From Chiloscyllium plagiosum (Eukaryota), in assembly GCF_004010195.1 (NCBI RefSeq), contig NC_057720.1:13173722-13194193 (forward strand): a stretch of 20,472 bases of DNA, written 5' to 3'. Position numbers and translations under genes: made by a program. The notes beneath the pieces are model-generated. The model did not search any database. It saw only the letters and a program-made list of their open reading frames with translations, and was not told the DNA's origin. Below, in pieces: positions 1 to 10,038 of the stretch; the stretch's first letter is position 1; each line of letters opens with the position of its first letter.

Positions 1-1432
1 CATGTCTCACTAACTTGATTGAGTTTTCATAGAATCGTAGAATCCCTACAGTGTGAAAACACTTCTTTTGACCCAACAAGTCCACACCGGCCCTCTGAAG
101 AGGTACCCACCAGACCCATTCCCCTACCCTATTACTCAAGATTTTCCCTGACTAATGCACCTAACGTACATATCCCAGATCACTGTGGGCAATTTAGCAT
201 GGCCAATTCACCCAACTTGTACACCTTTCGATTGTAGGAGGAAGCTGGAGCACCCGGAGGAAATCCACACTGACACGGGGAATGTGCAAACTCCACACAG
301 ACAGTCGCCTGAGGGTGGAATTGAACCCGGGTCACTGGCGCTGTGAGGTAGCAATGCTAACCACTAAGCCACCGTGCCACCCCTTTAAACTTCAGAAGAT
401 GCTTTAGGTAAAAATGATTTTTAGCCAAGAAATATTTTAAAATTGAGTTTTTTGAAGAGGTGACTAAGAATGTAGATCCAGGGAGAGCTTGCCAAAAGCA
501 TACAAAATTGCTTTGACGGTAGAAGACATGGTAGTAGATTGTGATGGTAGATGGTTGTTGTTTTGACTGGAGGGCTATGACCAGCAGTGTGCTGCAAGGA
601 TCAATGCTGGATCTGATGTTTTGTCATTTATGTAAACTATTTGGCTGAAACAAATGGAGGCATGGCTCCAGCATTGGTGTAGTGGACTGTGAAGAAGATT
701 ATCCAAGAGTGTAATGAGATATTGATAAGATGGGTCAATGGGCCGAGAAGTTTCAGGTGGAATTTAATTTTGGATAAATACGAGGTATTGCATTTTAATG
801 AGGCAAAACCAAGCAGAGCTTACACAATGATAGGCTCTGCGGAGTATTGTTGGCCTGGGGCCGTGGGGGTGCAGGTGCCTTGAATGTGGCATTGTAATTA
901 GACAGGGTGGTGAACAAGGCATTTGGCACGCTTTTCTTCATTGATCAGAGCATTGAGTACAGAAGTTGAGATATCATGTGGCTATACAAGAGAGTGTGAG
1001 ACACTTTTAGAATGCAGCATATTGTTGCCCTGTTACACGAAGGGTTTTGTTAAACTAGAATGGGTATAAAAACACTAAGAAGGATGTTGCTGGGACTGGA
1101 GGATTTCAGTTATAGGGAGAGGCTGGATAGGTCTGGGACCTTTTTCCCTCAAGCATCAGAGGCTGAAGAGTGATCTTCTAGAAGTTTATGAAATCATGAG
1201 GAGCATAGATAAAGTTAGTAGCCAAGCTATGTTCCCAAAGGTAGAGGAAGTCCAAAACTCAAGGGCACAGGTTTAAGGTGAGAGGAGAAAAATTTAAAAG
1301 GGACCTGAAAGGCAACTTTTTCACACTGAAGGTAATGTGCATATGGAATGAGCTGCCAGAGGAAGTGCAAAAGGCACATATAACTATAACATTTCAAAAA
1401 CATTTGGACAGGTACATAGACAGGAAAGGTTT
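1..1432 (+). mobile_element. Decayed CR1/HER1-type LINE, RT to 3' region; interrupted by a SINE insertion at 28-441
   Basis: 1-27 reads CLTNLIEF and resumes at 442 as IEFFEEVTKNVD. Later remnants include QGSMLD (QGSVLGP-like), KYEVLHF and ggtttaaggtgagaggagaaaaatttaaaagggacctga, with many frameshifts. Confidence 0.85.
28..383 (-). mobile_element. HE1-type tRNA-derived V-SINE, full length
   Basis: The reverse complement starts GGTGGCACGGTGGCTTAGTGGTTAGC (A box) and has GGTTCAATTCC (B box), the V-domain TGTGTGGAGTTTGCACATTC and an ATTCTA(C/T)G tail. Confidence 0.9.
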
Positions 1433-1941
1433 AGATTAGATTACTTACCACTGTCAGTGGAAACAGGCCCTTCGGTCCAACAAGTCCACACCGACCCTCT
1501 GAAGAGCAACACACCCAGACCCATTCCCCAACATTTACCCCTTCACCTAATCACCGTGCTGTGGGCGGCACGGTGGCACAGTGGTTAGCACTGCTGCCTC
1601 ACAGAGCCAGAGACCCAGGTTCAATTCCCGCCTCAGGCGACTGACTGTGTGGAGTTTGCACATTCTCCCCGTGTCTGCGTGGGTTTCCTCCAGGTACTCC
1701 GGTTTCCTCCCACAGTCCAAAGATGTGCAGATCAGGTGAATTGGCCATGTTAAATTGCCCGTAGTGTTAGGTAAGGGGTAAATGTAGGGGTATGGGTGGG
1801 TTGCGCTTCGGCGGGGCGGTGTGGACTTGTTGGGCCGAAGGGCCTGTTTCCACACTGTCAGTAATTTAATCTAATCACTACGGGCCATTTAGCATGGCCA
1901 ATTCACCTAACCTGCACATTTTTGGACTGGGAGGAAACTGG
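1433..1941 (-). mobile_element. 5'-truncated HE1 SINE, split into 1433-1554 and 1871-1941 by a second SINE
   Basis: Tail attagattacttac...ggaaacaggcccttcgg. The consensus run ccccttcacctaa|cactacggg is broken exactly by the inserted copy. Confidence 0.85.
1563..1876 (+). mobile_element. Full-length, little-diverged HE1 V-SINE nested in the opposite-strand SINE
   Basis: A box TGGCACAGTGG 1574-1584, B box GGTTCAATTCC 1618-1628, V domain and (CTAAT)n tail. Flanking duplication ctaatcac at 1547-1554 and 1871-1878. Confidence 0.92.
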
Positions 1942-2299
1942 AAATTGTGTGCTTTTTCAGCAAAATAGAATATATCTGCGAATCCAATTCTGCAAATGCA
2001 AATTCACCCCATAGACATATATGTGTGTGAGTGTAATTTTGTTTTAGGTCAAAGTGCATCTCAAAGAGTGAGAGGCAAGTAGCTTTAATGTTTAGGGTTA
2101 TCTTACAACCAATTTAAATATTGCTGAAAAGGTTTTCATTTTGTTGAAGCTTTTTGCCATGCTCTCATCAGCACAGTTCTCAAGAATTAATAAAGTGAAG
2201 GGGAAATAACTGTGAATGCATGAGAGGAGACTGCTGATTGGTTGGCCACTGAATTCTGTTTTGCATTGATACAGAAAATGCACAAGTTGATGGTGACTC

Positions 2300-3694
2300 G
2301 TGGTAATAGAAAAGCACAGCAGGTCAGACAGCATCTGAGGAGCAGGAGAATTGCCGTTTCGGGCAGAAGCCCTTCCATCAGGAATGAGGCTTGTGGTCCA
2401 GGGGGCGGGGGGGGGGGGGGGGGGGGGAAAGGTGGCTGAGAATACAAAAAGTAGATGAAGGTGGGGTAGGGCGGTGATAGGTCGAAGAGGAGGGTGGAGC
2501 GGATAGTTGCGAAAGATGATGGACAAGTCAAGAGGGCGGTGCTGAGTTGGAAGCTTGGGACTGAAATGAGGGGAGGGGGAAGTGAGGCAATTGGTGAAAT
2601 TCACACTAATCCTGTGTGGTTGCAGGGTCCCAAGGCACAAGGTGAGTTTCCCTCCAGGTGTCAGGTGGTTAGGATTTGGTGATGGAGGAGGCCCAGGACC
2701 TGCATGTCCTTGGTGGAGTGGGAGGGGGTGTTGAAGTGTTCAGTCACGGGGCAATGGGATTGGTTGGTGCGTGTGTCCAAAGATGTTCTCTAAAACAATA
2801 CGCAAGTTGGCATCCTGCCTCAGATGTAGAGGAGATCACATTGGGTGCAACGGATACAGTGGATGGCATTGGTGGAAGTACATGTAAATTTCTGTTGGAT
2901 GTGGAAGGATTGTTTTGGGCTTTGACTGGAGGCGAGGACGGAGGTGTGGGCACAGGTTTTGCACTTCTTGCGGTGGCAGGAGAAGGTGCAGGAAGTGGGG
3001 TGTGGGCTGATGGGGATGGGTGCGGGTGGATCTGACCAGGAATTCGCTGAGGGAATGGTCTCTCCGACACTCTGATGGGGTGGAGAGGGAAATATATCCC
3101 TAGTGGTGGGGTCTGTTTGTAGGTGGCAGAAGTGGCAAAGGATGATGCGATTTATACGGAGGTTAGTGGGGTGGGAGGTCTGTTCTTGTTGCGTTGGGAC
3201 GGATAGGGTTCAAGGGCAGAGGTGTGGGAAATGGAGGAAATGTGCTGGAGGGCATCATTGACCACGTGAGAGGGGAAATTGCAGTCTTTGAAGAAGGAGG
3301 CCATCTGGAATTTTTGAAGGTAAATTGGTCATCCTGGGAATAGATGCGGTAGAGGAGGAGAAGTTGCGAATATGGGATGGCATTTTTGCAAGAGGCAGGG
3401 TGGGAGGAGGTGTAGTCCAGGTAGCTGTGGGAGTCAGTGGGTTTGTAGTACATGTCTGTGGTCAGGCAGTTGCCAGAGATGGAGAGGTCCAGGAAGTGGA
3501 GGGAGGTGTCCTGAGATGGTCCAGGTGAATTGGAGTTGGGGTCGAAAGATGTTTGTGAAGTTGAAAAACAGTTCAATCTCCTCAAGGGTGCACGAGGTAT
3601 CGCTGATACTGTCATCGATGTAGCAGAGGAAAAGTTGGGGGATGGTGGCACTGCAGCCGTGGAGGATGGGCTGTTCCACGTACCCAATAGAGAG
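2300..3694 (-). mobile_element. Penelope-like element (family A), left arm: RT C-terminal half, GIY-YIG remnant and 3' terminus
   Basis: ORF remnants FLCYIDD (RT catalytic motif) and FLDLSI...YYKPTDSHSYLDYTSSHP...KNAIPYSQ (PLE RT thumb). Terminus with a degenerate hammerhead at ~2352-2385. Confidence 0.9.
2401..2427 (+). repeat. Poly-G tract (27 nt, one C)
   Basis: gggggcggggggggggggggggggggg read directly; lies in the PLE 3' UTR. Confidence 0.95.
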
Positions 3695-3720
3695 ACAGTT
3701 TCTGATGTGGAAGGATCCTC

Positions 3721-4601
3721 TCGTCGTCCTCCACTTCTGCTACCTATCAACAGACTCCATTTTGAGGGATATATTTCCTTTCCCACTCCTGTCAGCGTTT
3801 GGAGAGACTATTCCCTCCGTGGCTCCCTTGTCAATCCACGCCAACCACCAGCTCACACCCCAGTTCTGAAACCTTCCTCTGCCACTGCAAGAAGTGTAAA
3901 ATCTGTGCCCCCCCCAACCTCCATTGAAGGCCCCAAAGAATCCTTCCACATTCAACAGAAATTTACCTGTACCTCCACCAATGTCATCTACTGTATCCGT
4001 TCCACCCGATGTGGTTTCTTCTATATCAGGAAGACAGGAAACCAACTTGTCGATCATTTCCAATCACATCTCTGGGACACCTCCTCCAACCAACCCCACC
4101 ACCCGTGGCTGAACACTTCAACTCCCACTCCACCAAGGACATGCAGGTCCTGGGCCGCCTCCATTGCCGAACTCTAATCACCCGATGCCTGGAGGAAGAA
4201 GGCCTCATCTTCCTCCTTGGAACCCTGCAATGACACAGGATTAATGAGTTTCACCAGTTTCCTCACCTCACCTCCCACCACCTATCCCAGCCCCAAGCCT
4301 TCAACCTGGCACTGCCCTCTCGACTGTCCATCGTCTTTCCCACATATCAGCTCCACCCTCCTCTCGGGTCTATTACTTTCTCCCCATCTTGATCTACCTA
4401 TAGCATTCTTAGCTACTTTCCCCCGGCCTCACCCCCTCCCATTTATCTCTCAGCACCCCTGTAAGTCTCCAATTCCTAGTGAAGGGCTTCTGCCCAAAAG
4501 GTCGATTCTCCTGCTCCTCGGGTGTTGCCTGACCTGCTGTGCTTTTCCAACACCACACTCTTGACTCTGATCTCCAGCTTCTGCATTCCTCACTTTCTCC
4601 T
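3721..4601 (+). mobile_element. Penelope-like element (family A), right arm: GIY-YIG endonuclease remnant and complete 3' terminus
   Basis: GPKESFHIQQKFTCTSTNVIYCIRSTRCGFFYI (GIY-YIG), PVAEHFNS, EEEGLIFLLGTLQ. Ends ctgcattcctcactttctcct. Confidence 0.9.
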
Positions 4602-5191
4602 ACTCTGTTAACTGCCAAGCTTTAAATTTTAAACTGGATGAGGCATTTCCTTGAGAAATTAATCAAAAAAATTATCTGTCACCCATTATGTTAAACTGAA
4701 ACAGATACTGTGCATACTCCTTCTGTCTGCAAAGAAGACATCACCTAATATGCTGACTTGACCAGTCTCAACAGGAAGTATGGTCACTCAATCTGTCTGA
4801 CAACTGAAATGGCCAACTGTCTTGTGTTAACTGTGGAGAAGAACCTGGAATTGTACTGTGTCTCCTTGGACTAGAAGAAGGAATCCATTTAGATATCTTG
4901 CTTAGATTACTCAACAGTTCTTAGCTGATGTATAATTTGGTGAGGAAATAATTTGGTGGCATAAGCACCTTGCAAGCCAATATTTGTTTTATGGGCTCTC
5001 CTGTGGAGAATGATCACTTAAACATTAATGTTTTAGGTCGTAGCTTGCTTATGTTGAATTGTATCCAGCGTGGATTGACGTCTTCAACCAGATTAGAAAA
5101 GAGAAACTACTGAGAGAAAATCAAGTTGAAACCTGATAGGTTTTTAGCATAAAACAGGAAATTGGTGGCTGTCCTGCCTCAGACTTAAATT

Positions 5192-5275
5192 CAGAATCAT
5201 AGAATCCCTTCATGCAGTTAGCAGCTTTTTGGCCTATCGAGTCTGCACTGACCCTCCGAAGAACATCCATCTATG
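5192..5275 (-). mobile_element. Short HE1/HER1 3'-tail fragment
   Basis: agaatcatagaatccct...gagtctgcactgaccctccgaagaacatcc resembles the SINE tail at 28-110. Confidence 0.65.
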
Positions 5276-5321
5276 TTGATATTCAGCAGAATTACCTGAA
5301 GCTGTTGACATGAGTAAGGAT

Positions 5322-5428
5322 CAAGGCAAAACACTGCAGATGTTGGGAACCTGAAACAGATACAGAGAAAGCTGGAGAAACCCAACAGGTCTGGCAGTAC
5401 TTGGAGAGAGAAACACATTTCAGGTCTT
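5322..5428 (-). mobile_element. Degenerate PLE terminus (family C)
   Basis: actgcagatgttgggaacctgaaaca...gctggagaaacccaacaggtctggcag matches the reverse complement of 20105-20170. Confidence 0.65.
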
Positions 5429-5545
5429 GAATAATGCAAGATTTTGCAAAAGATGCTTTTTTTAAATATAATTTGCTAGAAGAGCAACAAGAGAGCAGAT
5501 GACGTAGAGATTCTGTGCAAAACAGAGGTTGGTAGTCATGGTGTT

Positions 5546-5870
5546 AGGGACCAGATCAGTCTCATCCAAAATATATTATAGATTTAGCCTCCAGTCCAAC
5601 TTCTAATTTAAAGGCAAGTGTAAGGTAATGTGTTGCAGATGATTCAATTGGTCCACCACTAAGTTTTAATCAAAATAGGTTTTATTCTGACAACAAGAGG
5701 AAGAATTGATATAATTATATGCGAGTGATGTACTTAACAAGAAAATACATTACTTAATCAGGAAACATTAACTGTTTCAATACAGGCAGCATCCCAAAAA
5801 CAATGCTTTGGCAAGAGGCAGTGCAGCAAAACAGTTCCCATGTGCTGTCTGTGTCCAATTAGTGAAAAGA
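5546..5870. repeat. Possible old LTR-like interspersed repeat
   Basis: Starts tgttagggaccagatcag and resembles a shark repeat from recollection only. Boundaries are uncertain. Confidence 0.3.
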
Positions 5871-6171
5871 AACGCTGAAAGAAACTATCTCCCCCCTTTG
5901 ATATCTAAGGAAAAGCACTATCTAAGGTTTGAGAGAAAACTTAATTATAAAGAATTATTTTAATTTTGGCCCTTTCAGGACCTTGGGGAAATCCTAAAGT
6001 TCTTGATGGCCAATTAAATACTTTTACAATATCCAACATTACATCGTTAATCTTATGTTCTTTAGAACTTTGTAATGTTTTAAGTTTTATTTTATATTGA
6101 GTTACTCAGTTTTAAAACCCATTTTCTGAATAAGTGTTGTTACAGTTTTAAAAATGTTAATTCAGTCACAT

Positions 6172-6497
6172 AAAAAGTAGGAACTGGAGGAGAAAATTCA
6201 GCCCTTGAGCTTGCTCTGCCATTTGTTATGATCATGGTTGATCTCAACTTCACTTTCCTGCTGACTCTCCACAACCCTTGAACCCATTACTAATTAAAAG
6301 TCTGTCTGTCTCAAATTTATTCCATGTTCCAACATCCATTGCATTCTGGGTTGTTGAATTCCATAGATTTAAGACCCTTCAGAGGAATAATTACTGTTCA
6401 TTTCTGTTTTAAAACTGCAGCCTCTTTTTTTTTTAAAGCTATGACGTCTTGTTCGAGGTTCCCCCATGTGAGGTCACATCCTTCCTACGTCTGCTTT
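6172..6497 (-). mobile_element. Old CR1 LINE 3'-end fragment
   Basis: attcagcccttgagcttgctctgccatt...atcatggttgatct and gaattccatagattta are the antisense CR1 3' end; similar to 7416-7620. Confidence 0.7.
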
Positions 6498-6949
6498 ACA
6501 TACATATATACATATTGATGTCCCACCTCTCTGTTCCAGATCACTAAAGCTAATCGCAGTTGTCCATTGCTGCCTTAGCTGTCCACAGCTAAGAACAAAA
6601 AACAGGAGTTGTGCAGTTAAGGATTACTGGCTTTCTTTTAAATAGCCCATTTACCAATTAAGTCATTGGACAAATTCAGCAGTCGACACAAAAATGCATT
6701 TCTGACATGGCTGAAAGAAAACTAGGAATACATTTAAAGCTAACTATCTAACTTGATTTTGAAAGTAATAACAGTTCTCTTTTACTTGAACCAGATTCTA
6801 TAATACAGTGTAGATGCATAACCCGTACTTTGATTGACATCACTTTTTAATTTGTTTATTCTATAATATGTGAAAATAGTCAAGATCCTACCATGGACCA
6901 TCTGATATTAAACTGTAATGACCCTGGAAACCATTTTTCTTCATTGCAG

Positions 6950-6991
6950 TTTGATGATTTCCGTATCAAACCTGCAATGTGTATCCCATAA
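6950..6991 (+). CDS. Candidate terminal coding exon of an unidentified host gene (FDDFRIKPAMCIP* if phase 0)
   Basis: Acceptor ccatttttcttcattgcag| in non-repeat sequence, TAA at 6989-6991, AT-rich UTR and AATAAA at 7166-7171. Protein not recognised. Confidence 0.45.
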   Translation, partial: FDDFRIKPAMCIP

Positions 6992-7165
6992 ACAATAGAT
7001 AACAGGGACACACTTCAGTGACTCTTTAAGTATTATTAATGGCAAAGTTTTACTAAGTGGTATTTTGTTAAATGAATACAATCCATTATGGGCAGATACT
7101 GATGATTGTAGTTTTAACTGCTTTTGATTAAAAGCAGCTGTTTGTTCATTACTTTGTTTTATTAT

Positions 7166-7171
7166 AATAAA
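7166..7171 (+). promoter_or_regulatory. Candidate polyadenylation signal
   Basis: AATAAA followed ~25-45 nt later by GU/U-rich ggttttcg...gtgttgtc. Confidence 0.4.
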
Positions 7172-7877
7172 ATCCTTTTCTCTTTGCTTGTAAAAGGTTT
7201 TCGACTGATAGTGTTGTCGAAAGCCTGACAGCTGTTTCCTATCATTTTATCTCCATGAATTATAGAATTTGATAGTTATTCATAAATATTTTAATTTTTT
7301 TGCTTCTTTCACTCTGCTTACGATACAAAATATGCTTGGGATACGAAGGTTGAACTTTATGACTGGGATCTTATAAAATTTTATATAAGCTTGCTTTTGA
7401 ATATACAATAACAATAGGCCATTCAGTCTTTCAAGCTGCTTCACCATTTAATAAGATCGTGGTTGATCTGATTTTAACCACAACCCTATATTCCTTCATA
7501 TTCCCAATGCTTTTTCATCTGCTTGGTAATCAAGAATCTATCAACCTCTGCCTTATAAATATTTAAAGACTCTGCATCCACTGCCTTTTGGGGAAATGAA
7601 TTTCAAAGACTGTCAACTTTCAGAATAAAATTTATCTCCTTCAGTCTTAAATGGATGACCATTTGGATTTTTAAATGGATTTTAAACTGGGACCCCTAGT
7701 CTAAATTCTTCGATGAGGGAAAACCTTGTTTTGACATTCACCTGGTCAGATTCCCTTAGAATCTTGTTTGTTTCAATTAAGTTGCCTCTGATTCTTTTAA
7801 AGGCTAGAGGATACAGGCCTAGCCTGTCTAACTTTTCTTTATAACACAATCTGCTTAATCCAGGTATTAGTCGAGTA

Positions 7878-8046
7878 ACTAATATCCTTTAGGGAAGGAA
7901 ACTGCCATCCTTATCTGGTCTGGCTGACATGTGACTGTAAACCCACAGCAATGTACTTGACTTTTAATTGCATTCTGAACACTTGTGGATGGCAATAAAA
8001 GCTGGTCCAGCCAGTGACCCCAACATCACGTGAATGAATTAAAAAA
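7878..8046 (+). mobile_element. 5'-truncated Deu-type (SacSINE1-like) SINE
   Basis: ccttt agggaaggaaactgccatccttatctggtctgg...acccacagcaatgt core; tail gcaataaaagctgg...gaatgaattaaaaaa. Confidence 0.65.
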
Positions 8047-8604
8047 CACTTCTCTGAACTGCTTCCATTGCATTAATCACCTTTCTTATGTACTGTGACT
8101 AGTACTGTAGACAATACGTAAGATGTAGTCTCACCATTGCCCTGTATAACTGAAGCATAACCTCCCTACTTTTGCATTCAGTTCCCCTTGCAATAAATCA
8201 TCATCATATTTCCAGATTGCTTGCTGTACCCATTAACTATCCAAATCTCTCTGCATCTCAGAACTCTGCAACCTTTCATCATTTCAATAATAGGCTTCTT
8301 TTTTAACCTTTGCGCAAAAATGGGCAATTTCCCATTTTCCCATTTTGTACTCAATTTGCGAGATATTTGGCCTGTCACTGAACTTCTATATTCCTTCTAA
8401 ACCCCTTAAGTCCTCTTCACAACTTGCTTTCCAAGCCTGTCGTCATAAAATATAACTACCATGCCATCTGAATCAGTCATATAAATTGCAAAAAGTGGAG
8501 GCACCACACTGTATGGCACATTGCTTGTGACATCCTGCTAGCCTAAAAAAGACCCATTTATTCCTACTCTGTGCTTCTTGTTAGCTAGGCAATCTTTAGT
8601 CCAT

Positions 8605-8813
8605 AGGGTAAAAACAATGACTGCAGATGCTGGAAACCAGATTCTGGATTCGTGGTGCTGGAAGAGCACGTTCAGGCAGCATCCAAGGAGCAGCGAAATC
8701 GACGTTTCGGGCAAAAGCCCTTCATCAGGAAAAAGCTTTTGCCCGAAACGTTGATTTCGCTGCTCCTTGGATGCTGCCTGAACTGCTGTGCTCTTCCAGC
8801 ACCACAAATCCAG
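8605..8813. mobile_element. Fold-back PLE mini-element (family A-related) with TSD
   Basis: Inverted arms spanning 8639-8818, 34-nt tail at 8605-8638, TSD aatctttagtccat (8591-8604) / aatctttaatccat (8814-8827). Confidence 0.9.
8699..8730 (-). ncRNA. Minimal type I hammerhead ribozyme motif
   Basis: TC-CTGATGA-A-GGGC-TTTT-GCCC-GAAA-C-GTC-GA on the minus strand. Confidence 0.7.
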
Positions 8814-9134
8814 AATCTTTAATCCATGCTGTGCTCAGTCATTTTTATTTTCCCTTGATCTGGCACCTTCTGACATGCCTTCTGGAATATCTAAGTACAA
8901 TATATCTACATATTCCCCATCATCTACAACACAGTTACTTCGTCAAGGAACTCCAATAGATTAGTTAAGTTTGGGATTCTCCTTTGACAAAGCCATATCT
9001 TGCCCAATTTCATTCAAGCTAGACCAGGAGCTATATAAATGTATATCTGTGTTTCCTTTGAATTAATCACCAAAGCATACGAATGGCAATTCCTGCAAGT
9101 TAATAGCACACACATTTATGAGCTTACGTTATAC

Positions 9135-9238
9135 CTGCAGAATGTAAGGGTTTAATGTAAGAACATCAAAATCAGGTGTTTCAATCTCTGAAGAGACTGA
9201 AAGAGTTTTAAAGGGAAATTCAAATGTTCTGTTATTAC
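9135..9238 (-). CDS. Weak candidate exon on the minus strand
   Basis: cacttgctttcag| 104 nt |gtataa; one open frame (G)NNRTFEFPFKTLSVSSEIETPDFDVLTLNPYILQ. No recognised homology. Confidence 0.2.
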
Positions 9239-9324
9239 CTGAAAGCAAGTGAATATTATACATTTTAAGGATAAAACACATTCCCTGTATAAAACTATAA
9301 AAGTGCTATTCTGTAAGTTTTCTT

Positions 9325-9531
9325 AAAGATCACACAGCACCAGGTTATAGACCAACAGGTTTATTTGGAAGCACTAGCTTCTGTAGCACCGCTCCTTCAT
9401 CAGGTGATTACACAACCAACTGAGGAAGGAGCGGCGCTCCGAAAGCTAGTGCTTCCAAATTAACATGTTGGCTATAACCTGGTGTTGTGATTTTTAACTT
9501 TGTCCACCCAGTCCAACACCGGCACCTCCAA
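9325..9531. mobile_element. Fold-back PLE mini-element (family B) with TSD
   Basis: Arms ~9323-9406 and ~9417-9497, 34-nt tail at 9498-9531, TSD gtaagttttctt (9313-9324) / gtaaattttctt (9532-9543). Confidence 0.88.
9417..9451 (+). ncRNA. Minimal hammerhead ribozyme motif (family B)
   Basis: CTGAGGA-A-GGAGC-GGC-GCTCC-GAAA-G-CTA-GTG. Confidence 0.65.
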
Positions 9532-10038
9532 GTAAATTTTCTTGTGGAGGCTACTCTTCCTTTCTTTTAATTCATTCACCTGTGGGAAATGGGTATCACT
9601 GGCTGGCCACCATTTATTGCCAGTCCCTAGTTCCCCTGAGAAGGTGGTGATGAGCTGTCTTCTTGAACTGTTGCAGACTATGTGCTGTAAGGAGACCCCC
9701 AATGCCTTCAAGGCTGGAATTCCAGGATTTTTACGCAGTGACTCTGAATGAACAGTAATTATGCCATATGTACTCGTATATAAGTCAATCTCATGTATAG
9801 GTTGACCCCTTATTTTGGCCAAAAGTCTTGTGTTTTCCATATATCTTGTATAAGTCAACCCTACTATATCACATTAAATCATGTTCATTCATTCATACTG
9901 GTAACTCTATTCCTCACTCTTTGTTTACTATATTGCATCTCTATTCATTCGTTCAGAACTCCACTTTGCACACTTGGTTGACCACAGAGCATTTTGATTC
10001 ATTGATTCATTCAGACCGGTACAAAGTCTATGAGTACT

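Larger units (their letters stand above)
7416..9003 (-). mobile_element. Decayed CR1 LINE (RT to 3' end), interrupted at 7878-8046 and 8605-8813
   Basis: 3' end taggccattcag. ORF remnant WTKDCLANKKHRVGINGSF; antisense HGFVKG/CLTNL-like remnant near 8960-8997. Confidence 0.8.

Noticed and set aside
1563..1635. tRNA-like sequence with A and B boxes
   Set aside because: It is the SINE head, continuous with the V-domain and LINE-derived tail; not a tRNA gene.
5037..5136. Possible exon after ttttag at ~5036
   Set aside because: Weak pyrimidine tract, stops in all frames and no recognisable homology.
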